This document shows positions 1 through 9,966 of a stretch of DNA of 64,000 nucleotides, piece after piece. Made by a program: the position numbers and the translations under genes. Position 1 is the stretch's first letter, and each line of letters opens with the position of its first letter. This DNA comes from Candidatus Multivoradales bacterium (GTDB taxonomy: Bacteria > Acidobacteriota > Thermoanaerobaculia > Multivoradales > JAHEKO01). The stretch lies in the NCBI GenBank assembly GCA_965223855.1, contig CBDCXM010000009.1:64001-128000 (forward strand), given 5' to 3'. The notes beneath the pieces were generated by a model. It saw nothing but the letters and a program-made list of their open reading frames with translations. It was not told the DNA's origin and made no database searches.

Positions 1-549
1 CGACGAATCCTCCCGCTGTCGATCCTCCTCGCCCTCTCCATCGGCACGCTCCTGGCGCCGGCGGTCGCCCTTGCCGACTCCGATGGGGTCCGATCCGAAG
101 TGGCCGCCTCCGAAGTACTCGACTTCACTGCCACCGCCCTCGACGGCAGCGAGTTCGATCTCTCGACCCTCGCCGGCAGGGTGGTGCTTCTCGACTTCTG
201 GGGCACGTGGTGCGCACCGTGCATCCACGCCTTCCCCAAGCTCAACCGCCTGCACGAGGAGTTCGGCGACCGGCTGACCGTGGTCGGCCTCGCCTTCTAC
301 TCGGGGGAGATCGACACCCTCGCCGGCTTCGTCGCGGAGCACGACCTCGGCTACACCGTCCTCGCCGGCGCCGAGGAGAGCCTGGGACGCTTCGAGATCC
401 TCGCCTTCCCGAGCTACGTGCTCGTCTCAGCGGAGGGTGAGGTCCTGTGGCGCCACGCCGGCCAGGCACCCGACCTCTACGAGCGGGTCGCCGCCCTCAT
501 GAACGGCGCCGGAGCGGCTCAGGCGCCGGCCGTCGCCAGCGCCGACTGA
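1..549 (+). CDS. TlpA-family thiol-disulfide oxidoreductase, 5'-truncated by window edge
   Basis: Frame is open from base 1 with a signal-peptide-like RRILPLSILLALSIGTLLAPAVALA; contains LLDFWGTWCAPC (WCxxC) thioredoxin-fold motif. Confidence 0.88.
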   Translation, partial: RRILPLSILLALSIGTLLAPAVALADSDGVRSEVAASEVLDFTATALDGSEFDLSTLAGRVVLLDFWGTWCAPCIHAFPKLNRLHEEFGDRLTVVGLAFYSGEIDTLAGFVAEHDLGYTVLAGAEESLGRFEILAFPSYVLVSAEGEVLWRHAGQAPDLYERVAALMNGAGAAQAPAVASAD

Positions 550-998
550 TACTCGACCAGTCGCTCCCGCAGCCAGTCGGGGATCACCGTCTTCTCGAAG
601 CTGTCGAGATCGATGTTGACGGTCGCCACTCGGCCGGTGGCGTGGATCGCATCCGAGCCACGGGTGTAGACGGTGTAGTTCCAGATGACCGACGTCGTGC
701 CGATCTTCTCGATCCGCACCTCGATCTCGACGTAGTCGCCGTAGCGCAGCGGCACCCTGAAGTCGACCTCGAGATGGACCGTCGGATGGCCGAGCCGGTG
801 ATCGTTCATCACCTGCGGATAGTCGATCCCGACGACGTCGCGGAAGAACTGCTCCATCGCGACATGGAAGTAGTGGATGAAGCGCGGGTAGTAGACGATC
901 CGCGCCTGGTCGATGTCGCCGAACTGGACCTCGAGATGGGCGCGATAGGGACGCGTGGCAGAGGAGACGTCGAAGGTCTCGGACTCGACTTCTGGCAT
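519..998 (-). CDS. Acyl-CoA thioesterase, 4HBT/YbgC hot-dog family
   Basis: VQFGDIDQARIVYYPRF motif and VDFRVPLRYGD. Confidence 0.88.
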   Translation of the reverse strand: MPEVESETFDVSSATRPYRAHLEVQFGDIDQARIVYYPRFIHYFHVAMEQFFRDVVGIDYPQVMNDHRLGHPTVHLEVDFRVPLRYGDYVEIEVRIEKIGTTSVIWNYTVYTRGSDAIHATGRVATVNIDLDSFEKTVIPDWLRERLVEYQSALATAGA

Positions 999-1036
999 CC
1001 GCGGATTCTAATGCCGCAGCGATCCGGACAGCGGAG

Positions 1037-1555
1037 CTAGACCGGCTCGATCGGCGGAGCCTTCCCCGAATCGGTGCTCCCCGACTCGTCGGACTCGAGA
1101 CCGGCCGCGCCACGGATGGCGGCACACAGGGGGTGCGGCTCGTCGGTGCCGATGCGGAACGCCTTGCCGCTCGCCAGCTCCACCTCGACGGCGTCGAGAC
1201 CGGAGACGTTCCACATCCAGCCGCGGGGAGTCAGCCGGATGCCGAACCCCCACCACCACGAGTTGCGCACCGGCGCCGCTACACGGATCTCCCCGGTCGG
1301 GATCTCCTTGCGCGGCCAGCCCGGGCCGAAGGCGAGACGAACCCGGGATGGATCGACCGACACCTCGAGCGAGCCGAAGACCCAGAGGACGAGAGTGATG
1401 AGAACCAGGAGCAACAGGAAGCTCCACACCATCGCCGCACGCGCTTCCGGTATCGCCAGAGCGAGCCCGAAGAAGACGAAGCTCTCGATGGCGATGATGA
1501 CGGCGAGGAACTTCCTCATCGCCCAACCGTGCTGCCGATGACGGTAGCGCTCCAT
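1037..1555 (-). CDS. Small membrane protein (two TM helices plus PH-like C-terminal domain)
   Basis: Start at MERYRHRQ; two hydrophobic helices, then WWWGFGIRLTPRGWMWNVSGLDAVEV...FRIGTDEP. Confidence 0.65.
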   Translation of the reverse strand: MERYRHRQHGWAMRKFLAVIIAIESFVFFGLALAIPEARAAMVWSFLLLLVLITLVLWVFGSLEVSVDPSRVRLAFGPGWPRKEIPTGEIRVAAPVRNSWWWGFGIRLTPRGWMWNVSGLDAVEVELASGKAFRIGTDEPHPLCAAIRGAAGLESDESGSTDSGKAPPIEPV

Positions 1556-1610
1556 GGTCCTGCCTACTCTACGTCCGGGCCGTACCGACTCTTCCGCGGA
1601 TCTCCTGGCC

Positions 1611-1633
1611 GCCCGATTCCATGCCCGATTCCA
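1611..1633. repeat. 11-bp direct repeat GCCCGATTCCA x2 in divergent intergenic region
   Basis: Copies at 1611-1621 and 1623-1633. Confidence 0.5.
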
Positions 1634-1679
1634 GTACCCGGTCCCACGGCTGCCCGATCTCCAATGGCACAATAGTTCC

Positions 1680-3032
1680 ATGTCGAAGCGAGGACGGAAC
1701 CCGGCGGCGCTCGCCCTTGTTGCGATCCTCCTTTCGGCGGCACCCGGTCAAGCCGAGGAAGTCTCCCTGCCCGCAGAGGACCTGGTGCGTCGCCTGCGAA
1801 GCGCCCGGATCGCCGGCATCGAAGGCGACCAGCAGCGACAACTCTCCATCCTCCGGAACGCAATCGAGGCCTATCCGGGAGAAATCCTGCCCCTCCACGC
1901 GCTGCTCGAAGTCCACCGCAGGGAGCCGCTGCCCGTCGGAGAGTTCGAACGCACCCGCAGCGAGCTCTCACGCCGTCTCGCCGATGCCGACACCCCCCTG
2001 CCCACAGGGGTCTTGACCCTGATGGCCACCGACCCGGAAGCCGACACCGAGCTGCAGCGGGAGGTTGCCGCCTATGTCGCCGGCAGACTCGAGCGCGACC
2101 CTCCTGACCGGATCGATCTCCTCGACCTCCAGGCGGCACTACAGATCGAGTTCGAGGATCTGGAAGGCGCCCGCGACACCCTGCGCGCCCGCGCCGATCT
2201 CGAGCCCGCCTTCGACGTCCTGCTCGATCTCTACGGTCTCCACTGGCAGCTGGAGGAGTGGGACGAGGCGATCGAGGTGTTCCACCGCCTGCCGCTGGAA
2301 GAGGACCTTCAGATCCCGCTCATCCAGGTGAGGCTGCTCGCCCGTGCCGGGCGATGGGACGAGATGACGGCGTTCCTGGAAGCCGAGCTGGCCGAGGAGG
2401 AGCTGACGTCGGCCTGGATCGACGCCTGGAGGCGAATCCTCAAGACGATCGCCTGGGACGCCTACGACGCCGACCGCATCGAACTCGCCCGGTCGCTCTT
2501 CACGAGAGCCGCGGCGATGGCCGAAGAGGGCGAAACCCTCGAGGAGACGATGGTGCACCTCTTCGGCTCGGCCGAGGAGAGAGTCGCCTACGCGGCGGGG
2601 GCCGCCGACCGCTACGCCTCCGAGGAAGATCCGCGGACTCTCTTCGACGGCGGCACCGACCTTCTTGCCGCCGGAGACCATCAGGGGGCCTTCGAGCTGC
2701 TCGCTCGCGCGGCACCCGACCTGCCGGACCTCGAGGCGGCCTGGTACAACCTCGGCATGGCCGCCTACCAGATCGAGGCGTGGCGCGAAGCGGCCGACGC
2801 CTTCGCCCGCGCCTCGGAGCTCAACCCGGGGCGCCCCGACTCCCACTTCTTCGCCGGCATGGCCGCCTACAGCCTCGACGAGCCCGGTGCCTGCGTCACG
2901 GGGCTCAGGACGGCCCTGGAGCTCGGCGACGAGCGACGGCTGCTTCACTACTATCTTGCCGCCTGCCTCACCCGCCTCGGCGACCTCGACGCCGCAGCCC
3001 ACCACAAGCGGCTCTACGAGGCGGGCCAGTAG
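1680..3032 (+). CDS. Secreted tetratricopeptide-repeat protein
   Basis: Signal peptide MSKRGRNPAALALVAILLSAAPGQA; TPR motifs such as AWYNLGMAAYQIEAWREAADAFARASELNP. Confidence 0.8.
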   Translation: MSKRGRNPAALALVAILLSAAPGQAEEVSLPAEDLVRRLRSARIAGIEGDQQRQLSILRNAIEAYPGEILPLHALLEVHRREPLPVGEFERTRSELSRRLADADTPLPTGVLTLMATDPEADTELQREVAAYVAGRLERDPPDRIDLLDLQAALQIEFEDLEGARDTLRARADLEPAFDVLLDLYGLHWQLEEWDEAIEVFHRLPLEEDLQIPLIQVRLLARAGRWDEMTAFLEAELAEEELTSAWIDAWRRILKTIAWDAYDADRIELARSLFTRAAAMAEEGETLEETMVHLFGSAEERVAYAAGAADRYASEEDPRTLFDGGTDLLAAGDHQGAFELLARAAPDLPDLEAAWYNLGMAAYQIEAWREAADAFARASELNPGRPDSHFFAGMAAYSLDEPGACVTGLRTALELGDERRLLHYYLAACLTRLGDLDAAAHHKRLYEAGQ

Positions 3033-3048
3033 GGCGAGCGCACGGGCG

Positions 3049-4407
3049 TCAGAACTTGCGCACGTACTCGATGAAGCCTTCCTCGAGCTCAGCGAGCGGG
3101 CGACGATGCGAGGCCGCGAGCGCCTCGACTCCCGGATAGCCCTCTGCGAGGTAGAGCACCAGCGTCGGGAAGTTCTCCTTCTCCCACGCCGGATCGCCGT
3201 GCCGCAGGTAGTGCACCAGCAGCCACGAGGTGCCGTAGTAGAGGCTGGCGCGATCGCCGTAGAAGGTCGAGGGGTCGGAAGAGACGACTTCCTCCAGAGT
3301 CAGTCCCTGCTGGGTGCGGATCGCCTTCTTGACGCCCTCGAGATCCCAGCCGGTCCCGGTGGTCCGGTTGACCACTTCGCCGTGAGCCATGACGAACTCT
3401 CTGCGGGTCGACTTGCCCGGGATGAGCTCGCCCTTGCGCACGGTCGAGTTGCCCATGTACTCGGCGAAGCCCTCCTCCATCCAGCGGGGAAAAGCGCGAC
3501 CCGGCCTGGCGAGCATGCGGTCGGAGTAGGCGTGCGTCGCCTCGTGAATCAGCATGCTCAGGAGCGTCTCCGACGGCATGTCGAGATGCGAGACGAGGAT
3601 GCCTGGAGCCAGGTAGGTGGCGTTCTGCCCCCCTTCGCCGATCAGCTGCTGCCGCATGGAGTAGTAGGCGCCACGGCTCGAGTACAGGTAGACCAGCACC
3701 TTCAGGTCGTTCGGGTACGGCTCGATCGCCGGCTCCAGAACCCTGCCGACGGCGTGGAGCGACGCCTCGAGGTTGCCGGCGACGATCTCGGCGAGTTTCG
3801 GCACCGTCGAGTCGGTGACGACCAGGAACCTCGGGCTCGACGCCTCGCTACGGGTGGCGGACGAGATGTAGGTCTCCGCGGTCTTCGAGTAGTTGACGAG
3901 GATCTTCTCCCGCGCCTCCCTGGGCAGAGCCAGCAGGCTCGCCTGCTGGGCGGCCAGCACCCGCATCCGCACGATCGACGGCGGCAGCGACGGCTGTTCG
4001 GGAGCGATACCGCCCACCGACTCCGCCCTTCGGGGCTGGAGCTGGACGATCCAGTCGAGCGTCGCCTCGACGGGCACACCCCCCTCGAGCGCAGGCGCGT
4101 AGCGCCACGACCGCAGTTCCGACTCGACCGACTCGCGAATCGCCGCGTCGTACTCGGTCGAAGGGGTGACCGACTCGACCTCGGCCACGGTCACCCGCCC
4201 CCTGGCGTCGATCGTCACTCTCACCTTGACCTCGGGAGCGAGGTCGCTGCCCGACGCCTCGAGGGGCGACAGCAGCAGCGAGTCCCGGAGCAGGATCGGC
4301 CCCAGGTCCTGGGCGGGCGCTACCGAAGTGGTGAAACCCGCCAGCAGCAGCGCCGACCGGAACAGGGCCGAGCGGAACTGGGCCGACGGTAGCGCACGAC
4401 GACTCAT
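3049..4407 (-). CDS. Secreted protein: TonB C-terminal-like domain fused to DUF1570/gluzincin-like metallopeptidase domain
   Basis: Signal peptide; VKVRVTIDARGRV...WRYAPALEGGVPV (TonB_C-like); LIHEATHAY...PRWMEEGFAEY (HExxH plus EGxAEY). Confidence 0.72.
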   Translation of the reverse strand: MSRRALPSAQFRSALFRSALLLAGFTTSVAPAQDLGPILLRDSLLLSPLEASGSDLAPEVKVRVTIDARGRVTVAEVESVTPSTEYDAAIRESVESELRSWRYAPALEGGVPVEATLDWIVQLQPRRAESVGGIAPEQPSLPPSIVRMRVLAAQQASLLALPREAREKILVNYSKTAETYISSATRSEASSPRFLVVTDSTVPKLAEIVAGNLEASLHAVGRVLEPAIEPYPNDLKVLVYLYSSRGAYYSMRQQLIGEGGQNATYLAPGILVSHLDMPSETLLSMLIHEATHAYSDRMLARPGRAFPRWMEEGFAEYMGNSTVRKGELIPGKSTRREFVMAHGEVVNRTTGTGWDLEGVKKAIRTQQGLTLEEVVSSDPSTFYGDRASLYYGTSWLLVHYLRHGDPAWEKENFPTLVLYLAEGYPGVEALAASHRRPLAELEEGFIEYVRKF

Positions 4408-4465
4408 CGTCGATCGAGCATAGCCGAAGCGGCGCCTGCCGCCGCCGCTGCTCCGGATCCGGTGC

Positions 4466-6811
4466 TCAGAGAATCCAGGCGTAGCCGAGCTTGACGAAGA
4501 ACGTGCGGTCGGTCTCCGTCAGGTCGATCCCCTGGAGCCCGAGCCGGTTGTTCGTATAGCCGGCGAAGAGCACCGTCTGGGCGTTGAGCTTGTAGGAGAA
4601 GAGCAGTTGCGAGAAGAGGCTCTCCGTCTGCGGCTCGACGTCGAAGTCGAAGAGCCCCGGATCTCGGTCGATCTGGCGGTGCTGGAGGATCGCCCGCACG
4701 AACGAGCGCACGTTGATGTTGTAGATCGCCCGCAGTTGGGACAGATCGGCGCGGAAGAGACGCCCTCCCTCGACGTCGAGCTCCTGGGTCGTGTGGTCGA
4801 TCTTCAGGTTCCAGTGGCGGCCGATCTTCGCCTCGACCGACGGCGAGAGCCGCAGCTGCTCGGCGCGCCGGTTGTTGGCGAAGTCGATCGTGTCGCCGGC
4901 GTTGACGAACATCTGGAACTTCGCCTTCCCGGTCGGCTGAATCTCGTAGTAGAGCTGCACGGAGTCGAGCTCGTCGTAGAGGATCCCCTGAAAGAACGTC
5001 TCGTTGCGATCCACCGAGATCTCGCCGAACGACTGCCGCGGTCCGCTGTAGTTGACCCACAGGTCGAACGACTCGTCGGTCAGACGACCGTCATCGTCCT
5101 CGGTACGCTGGAGGAAGAGACCGGCTTCCGAGCGGCTCCACCAGGTGTCGGTACCCTCCTGCGGGTACCAGCGCCGGATCACGACGCTGCGCGCCTCCCG
5201 CACGTCGACCCGCGACACGAAGCCGCTGTCGGCGCGAAAGTCCCGGTCATAGCTCTCGAGATCGACGAACCAGAGCCAGTTGCGGCCGAAGTGGTCGTAG
5301 CCGATCTCCCAGGCGGCTCCCGAGAACTCGCCGTCCGGCTGGCCGAAGGCGTCGGCAACCCCTCCCGGATAGTCGGTGTCGGAAGACAGGTACTGGAACG
5401 ACACCGTGTCCTGGTCGGAGAAGCGGAAAAAGCCGTCCAGCCCAGCCACCCGGTTGTGGTAGCCGTTCCCGTCGCGGGAGGTGAGGAGGGCCCCGAGGGT
5501 GGAGTTGTCGCCGACGTCGCGCCGGTAGCGAACGACCGCGGTGTCCGATCGCTCGTCGAGCAGCGCCTGCGCCGAGCCGCCGTTCGAGGGGAAGAGCAGA
5601 CTCGTCACCTCGTCGCGGGCGACGAACACCCCGAAGCCGTTGCGCCCCTCCTTGCCGGTCGCCTTGAGCCCCCATTCGGGATTGACCACGGTGCGCGTGA
5701 AGACGGCGTCGATCGGCGTCGAGAAGAAATCGATCCCTTCGAGGAAGAACGGCCGCTTCTCCGGGAAGAACAGCGCGAAGCGCTCGTTCACGGCCAGCTG
5801 AGCGACGTCGGCTTCGACCTGGGAGAAGTCCGGATTGACGGTGCCGACGAGCGACACGTTGGGGGTAATACCCCAACGCATCGTGAGGCCCGGCTCGGTA
5901 TCCGGATCGCCGGACTGGAGCGACCCTCCCGGGAAGGTGTCGATGGTGTCGGTCTGCGTCACGGTCAGTGTCGGGGAGAGTTCGAGGTTGCGCCCCGGCT
6001 CCACCCCCTCGAAACCGGTCACTTTGACGACCTGGCACAGGACGCAGCTCGCCCCGCGCTCGCGCGGATGCCCGGCGATACGGTGGCGCAGGCTGCGCGG
6101 ATAGGAGCGACCGACGTCGAACCCCCAGGTCTGCGCTTCGCCGGAACGCGGGAACCGAAGCTGGTTGAGGGGGATCCGAAGCTCGACGTTCCAGCCGCCG
6201 TCGTCGATCGAACCGGCGGAGTCCCAGATCATGTCGAACGAGAAGTCCTCGATGCCATCGACCTCGCTGAAGACCGCGTCCATCTGCACACCGAGTGGAT
6301 TGACCCGGAACTGAAAGCCGCGCCGCTCGTCGTTGAAGGTGTCGATGATGAGCACCACGTGGTCGTCCTGGACGAAAGTCGCCACCAGGTCGCGGTCCAT
6401 CAGGTGAGCGCGGATCGCCTCCGGCTCCGGGTCGTGGTTGCGGAAGGCGACGTAGAGCGCCTCGTCGTCGTAGGTGATGAACGCCTCGCTCGCCACCGGA
6501 GGGGCGACGTTGTCGCCGGGCGACCACTCGTAGAGGAGCGGGATCTCGAGAGCCTCGGCCCATGCAGGCTCGTCGAGCACGCCGTCGATCGTGATCGGAG
6601 ACGTGGCGCGCTCGACGCGGCCGGTCTTCATCACTTCGCCCGGAGCCCCTTGCGGCACGAGCGCCGCGACGGCCGCCGACACCAGCAGCCGTCGAAGCCA
6701 CCCTCCGTGATCTCCGCGGCGGCCCCTCAAGCGTGTCCCACAGCCAACTCTCCGCCCATCTGCCGAAGCCTCTCGCATCTGTTCCCTCCGCGTACCGTTG
6801 CCGTGGGACAA
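4466..6811 (-). CDS. DUF5916-type outer-membrane protein with N-terminal CBM9-like sugar-binding domain
   Basis: ITIDGVLDEPAW, YDDEALYVAF, TVNPDFSQVEAD...FFPEKRPFFLEG motifs; C-terminal FVKLGYAWIL beta-barrel signature; start uncertain. Confidence 0.8.
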   Translation of the reverse strand: MSHGNGTRREQMREASADGRRVGCGTRLRGRRGDHGGWLRRLLVSAAVAALVPQGAPGEVMKTGRVERATSPITIDGVLDEPAWAEALEIPLLYEWSPGDNVAPPVASEAFITYDDEALYVAFRNHDPEPEAIRAHLMDRDLVATFVQDDHVVLIIDTFNDERRGFQFRVNPLGVQMDAVFSEVDGIEDFSFDMIWDSAGSIDDGGWNVELRIPLNQLRFPRSGEAQTWGFDVGRSYPRSLRHRIAGHPRERGASCVLCQVVKVTGFEGVEPGRNLELSPTLTVTQTDTIDTFPGGSLQSGDPDTEPGLTMRWGITPNVSLVGTVNPDFSQVEADVAQLAVNERFALFFPEKRPFFLEGIDFFSTPIDAVFTRTVVNPEWGLKATGKEGRNGFGVFVARDEVTSLLFPSNGGSAQALLDERSDTAVVRYRRDVGDNSTLGALLTSRDGNGYHNRVAGLDGFFRFSDQDTVSFQYLSSDTDYPGGVADAFGQPDGEFSGAAWEIGYDHFGRNWLWFVDLESYDRDFRADSGFVSRVDVREARSVVIRRWYPQEGTDTWWSRSEAGLFLQRTEDDDGRLTDESFDLWVNYSGPRQSFGEISVDRNETFFQGILYDELDSVQLYYEIQPTGKAKFQMFVNAGDTIDFANNRRAEQLRLSPSVEAKIGRHWNLKIDHTTQELDVEGGRLFRADLSQLRAIYNINVRSFVRAILQHRQIDRDPGLFDFDVEPQTESLFSQLLFSYKLNAQTVLFAGYTNNRLGLQGIDLTETDRTFFVKLGYAWIL

Positions 6812-6857
6812 GGTACGAAGAAGTTCGTCGAAGGTTTCCCGAACCGGCGGCCTTCGC

Positions 6858-9110
6858 TCAACGCTTCGGCCGCGGCTTCGCAGGTAGATACGGCTCAGGC
6901 CACGGATGGTCCCATTGCTCGTAACGCTCGGCGGCGTGGAGGGTCAGGTACGGGTCGTGAAGGTGCGGGCGCGCCATCACCGCCAGATCGGCGCGGCCGG
7001 CAGCCAGCACCGTGTTGGCGTGGTCGGCGCCGAGGAGCGCTCCGACGGCCGCCACCGGCACCCCGGCCTCGTAGCGGATGCGCTCGGCGAACGGCACCTG
7101 GTACATCCGCCCATAGACGATGTCCGACTCCGCGACGTTGCCTCCGGAGGAGACGTCGATGAGCGCGCACCCTTCGGCGGCGAGAGCACGGGCGATCTCC
7201 ACCGCCTCGTCGGCGGTCGTCCCGCTGCCGTCGTCCATCCAGTCGCTGGCGGAGATGCGCACGATCATCGGTCTGGCCGCGGGCCAGGCGTCGCGCATCG
7301 CGCGGAACACCTCCAGGGGATAGCGAAGCCGCGCCTCGAGCGAGCCGCCGTAGGCATCGGTGCGCCGGTTCGTGAGCGGCGACAGGAAGCTCGACAGCAG
7401 ATAGCCGTGCGCCATGTGCACCTCGACGAGATCGAATCCGGCCTCGTCGGCCCGCCGGGTGGAATCGACGAACGCCTCGCGCACCCGGTCCATGTCGTCG
7501 CGGTCCATCTCCTTCGGTATCGGCCAGTCGGGGCGAAACGGGATCGCCGACGGGGCGAGCGTCTGCCAACCGCGCCCTTGCGGCAGGGGAACGTCCTCCC
7601 CTTCCCACGGGTGAGAGACCGAGCCTTTCCGACCGGCATGCGCGAGTTGGATGCCGATCTTCGCGTTCGAGTGTTCGTGGACGAAGTCGACGATCCGGCG
7701 CCAGGCGGCGGTGTGATCCGAGCGGTAGAGGCCGGCGCAGCCGGGCGTGATCCTCCCGTCCGCCGAGACGTCGGTCATCTCGGTGATCACGAGACCGGCA
7801 CCGCCGACGGCGCGGCTGCCGAGATGCACGAGATGCCAGTCGCCGACCGTGCCGTCGGTCGCCGAGTACTGGCACATGGGACTCACGACGATGCGGTTGG
7901 CGAGCGGCAGGCCGCCGAGGTCGTACGGGGTGAAAATCGGCGGCCGGAAGCGGCCCTCGCCGTCCCGCTCACCACCCTCGCGAGCCGCGTACGCCCGGTC
8001 CACACTTTCGATCAGCGCCGGATCGCGGCGCCCGAGGTTGTCGTAGGTGATCTGCTTCGAGCGCGTCATCAGGTTGAAGGTGAAGGTCACCGGATCCTGG
8101 TCGAGGTAGCGAGCCGAGTTCTCGAACCACTCGAGACTGGTCTGCGCCGCCTTCTGGGTCTTGATCACGTCGACCCAGCGTGCCTCCCGGTAGGCGCCCA
8201 GCGCGGCGGCGACGTCGTCCGGCGTCGCCGCGAACGCCTCCGCCAGCGCCACGGCGTCCTCCATCGCCAGCTTCGTACCCGAGCCGATCGAGAAGTGCGC
8301 CGTGTGGGCCGCATCGCCGATCAGCACGACATTCTCGTGGACCCACTGTTCGCACTTCACCGTCGGGAAGGTGCGCCACAACGAGCGGTTCGTCAGCAGC
8401 CGATACCCGTCCAGCTCGTCGGCGAACAGCCGCTCGCAGAACTCCACCGTCTGCTGCTCGGTGGCGTCCTCGAGCCCCGCCTCCCGCCACACTTCTTCCC
8501 GGCACTCGACGATCCAGGTCGCCAGCTCGTCCGAGAACGGGTAGGCGTGGACCTGGAAGAGGCCCGCGTCGTGCTGCTTGAAGTGGAAGGTGAACGCGTC
8601 GAGCGGCTTGTCGGTACCGAGCCAGGTGAATTTGCAACGCCGCCAGTCGAGCGCCGGGCGGAAGTGCTCGGCGAGCTGCTCGCGCACCCACGAATTGACA
8701 CCGTCCGCACCGACCACCAGGTCGTATCCGGAGAAGGCGTCGAGACTCGTCAACTCGCACCCGAAGACGAGCTCCACCCCGACCTCGCGGCAGCGCCGCT
8801 GGAGGATCAGGAGCAGCTCCTTTCGCGACAACGCCGCGAATCCGTGCCCGGTCGAGACGACCCGCTCGCCGCCGACGAAGGTCTCGATGTCGCGCCAGTA
8901 GCGGAAGCGTGACGTGATCGCCGCGAAGCTCTCGCCATCGGCGCGCTCGAAGTTGTCGAGCGTCTCGTCGGAGAACACCACCCCCCAGCCGAAGGTGTCG
9001 TCCGGCTGGTTGCGTTCCACCACCCGCACCTCGGCTCGAGGCTGCTGCTTCCTGAGGAGCAGCGAGAAGTAGAGCCCGGCGGGGCCGCCGCCGACGACGA
9101 GGACCTTCAA
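6858..9110 (-). CDS. abmA: Bifunctional 2-aminobenzoyl-CoA/salicylyl-CoA monooxygenase-reductase (FAD monooxygenase + OYE domain)
   Basis: VVGGGPAGLY, DDTFGWGVVFSD, GDAAHTAHFSIGSGTKLAMED, followed by NRIVVSPMCQYSA and HMAHGYLLSSFLSP; TTG start at 9110 inferred. Confidence 0.9.
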   Translation of the reverse strand: MKVLVVGGGPAGLYFSLLLRKQQPRAEVRVVERNQPDDTFGWGVVFSDETLDNFERADGESFAAITSRFRYWRDIETFVGGERVVSTGHGFAALSRKELLLILQRRCREVGVELVFGCELTSLDAFSGYDLVVGADGVNSWVREQLAEHFRPALDWRRCKFTWLGTDKPLDAFTFHFKQHDAGLFQVHAYPFSDELATWIVECREEVWREAGLEDATEQQTVEFCERLFADELDGYRLLTNRSLWRTFPTVKCEQWVHENVVLIGDAAHTAHFSIGSGTKLAMEDAVALAEAFAATPDDVAAALGAYREARWVDVIKTQKAAQTSLEWFENSARYLDQDPVTFTFNLMTRSKQITYDNLGRRDPALIESVDRAYAAREGGERDGEGRFRPPIFTPYDLGGLPLANRIVVSPMCQYSATDGTVGDWHLVHLGSRAVGGAGLVITEMTDVSADGRITPGCAGLYRSDHTAAWRRIVDFVHEHSNAKIGIQLAHAGRKGSVSHPWEGEDVPLPQGRGWQTLAPSAIPFRPDWPIPKEMDRDDMDRVREAFVDSTRRADEAGFDLVEVHMAHGYLLSSFLSPLTNRRTDAYGGSLEARLRYPLEVFRAMRDAWPAARPMIVRISASDWMDDGSGTTADEAVEIARALAAEGCALIDVSSGGNVAESDIVYGRMYQVPFAERIRYEAGVPVAAVGALLGADHANTVLAAGRADLAVMARPHLHDPYLTLHAAERYEQWDHPWPEPYLPAKPRPKR

Positions 9111-9117
9111 GCCACCC

Positions 9118-9966
9118 TCACGCCAGACCGTCCTCACCCGGCTCGAGAATCAGCAGCCGCAGAGGCCGGTCCTTGGCCAGGATCCGCTGGAACGGCACGT
9201 AACGATGCGGCGTCGCTTCGAGCTCGGCGAACGGCTGGAAGGAGTGGTGGACGGTGAAGACCGCATGCCCGCCTGCTGCCACCAGCCCCCTGAGCTCCTC
9301 CCAGAAGTCCTCGAGCGACCAGTGAAATCCGACGCCGTAGAAGGAGTAGACGAGATCGTACGGCCCCGGCAGCCCGCCGAGACTGCCACCCGACTCGGCG
9401 GCGTCGAAGATCCGGTGCCCCGACAGACCGTTGAACCGCAGGACCTCGTCGAGCATCTCGAGGTCGCCGCAGAACGACTCCGCCGAGCGCGGCGCGTTGA
9501 GTGGGTACTTGCGCGCCGAGCCGTCGCCGTCGAAGAGGTGGAAGCGTTCGGCGGGCCAGCCGAGCCGCTGATGGAAGAACACCGCCGAGCGCCCCATCCC
9601 GGGGCCGATCTCGAGAACCTGACGCGGCTCCAGCCCTTCGAGCAGCGGCGCCAGCGCCTCGTACTCGGCCCAGCTCGAACCGTTCTGCGACAGCTCCCAG
9701 ACACGTCGGGATTCCTCGTCCTCGCGCAGCGAGAACTGCGGCGTGATCGCCTTGATCGCGCGAATCAGCCGCGGCGTGAGGACCGGTGCACGGAAATGCA
9801 GCTCCTTGCCGGCGAGCGACCGGCTCAGCTCCTCGACCCGATGCCCCGAGCCGAGCCGCTTCGCCAGCTCGGTCCGCAGCCGATGCCACAACTGCCTGGG
9901 GCCCAACACCGTCCCTCCCGTGCCGTCGGCTACCGCTCGAGAGGCGGCGGTTTCATCCCGATTCAC
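9118..9966 (-). CDS. Class I SAM-dependent methyltransferase
   Basis: VLEIGPGMGRS motif I; PYDLVYSFYGVGFH motif. Confidence 0.7.
   Translation of the reverse strand: MNRDETAASRAVADGTGGTVLGPRQLWHRLRTELAKRLGSGHRVEELSRSLAGKELHFRAPVLTPRLIRAIKAITPQFSLREDEESRRVWELSQNGSSWAEYEALAPLLEGLEPRQVLEIGPGMGRSAVFFHQRLGWPAERFHLFDGDGSARKYPLNAPRSAESFCGDLEMLDEVLRFNGLSGHRIFDAAESGGSLGGLPGPYDLVYSFYGVGFHWSLEDFWEELRGLVAAGGHAVFTVHHSFQPFAELEATPHRYVPFQRILAKDRPLRLLILEPGEDGLA

Noticed and set aside
1665..1682. Sigma-54 promoter TGGCAC-N5-TTCCA
   Set aside because: The -12 GC is missing and the motif abuts the start codon
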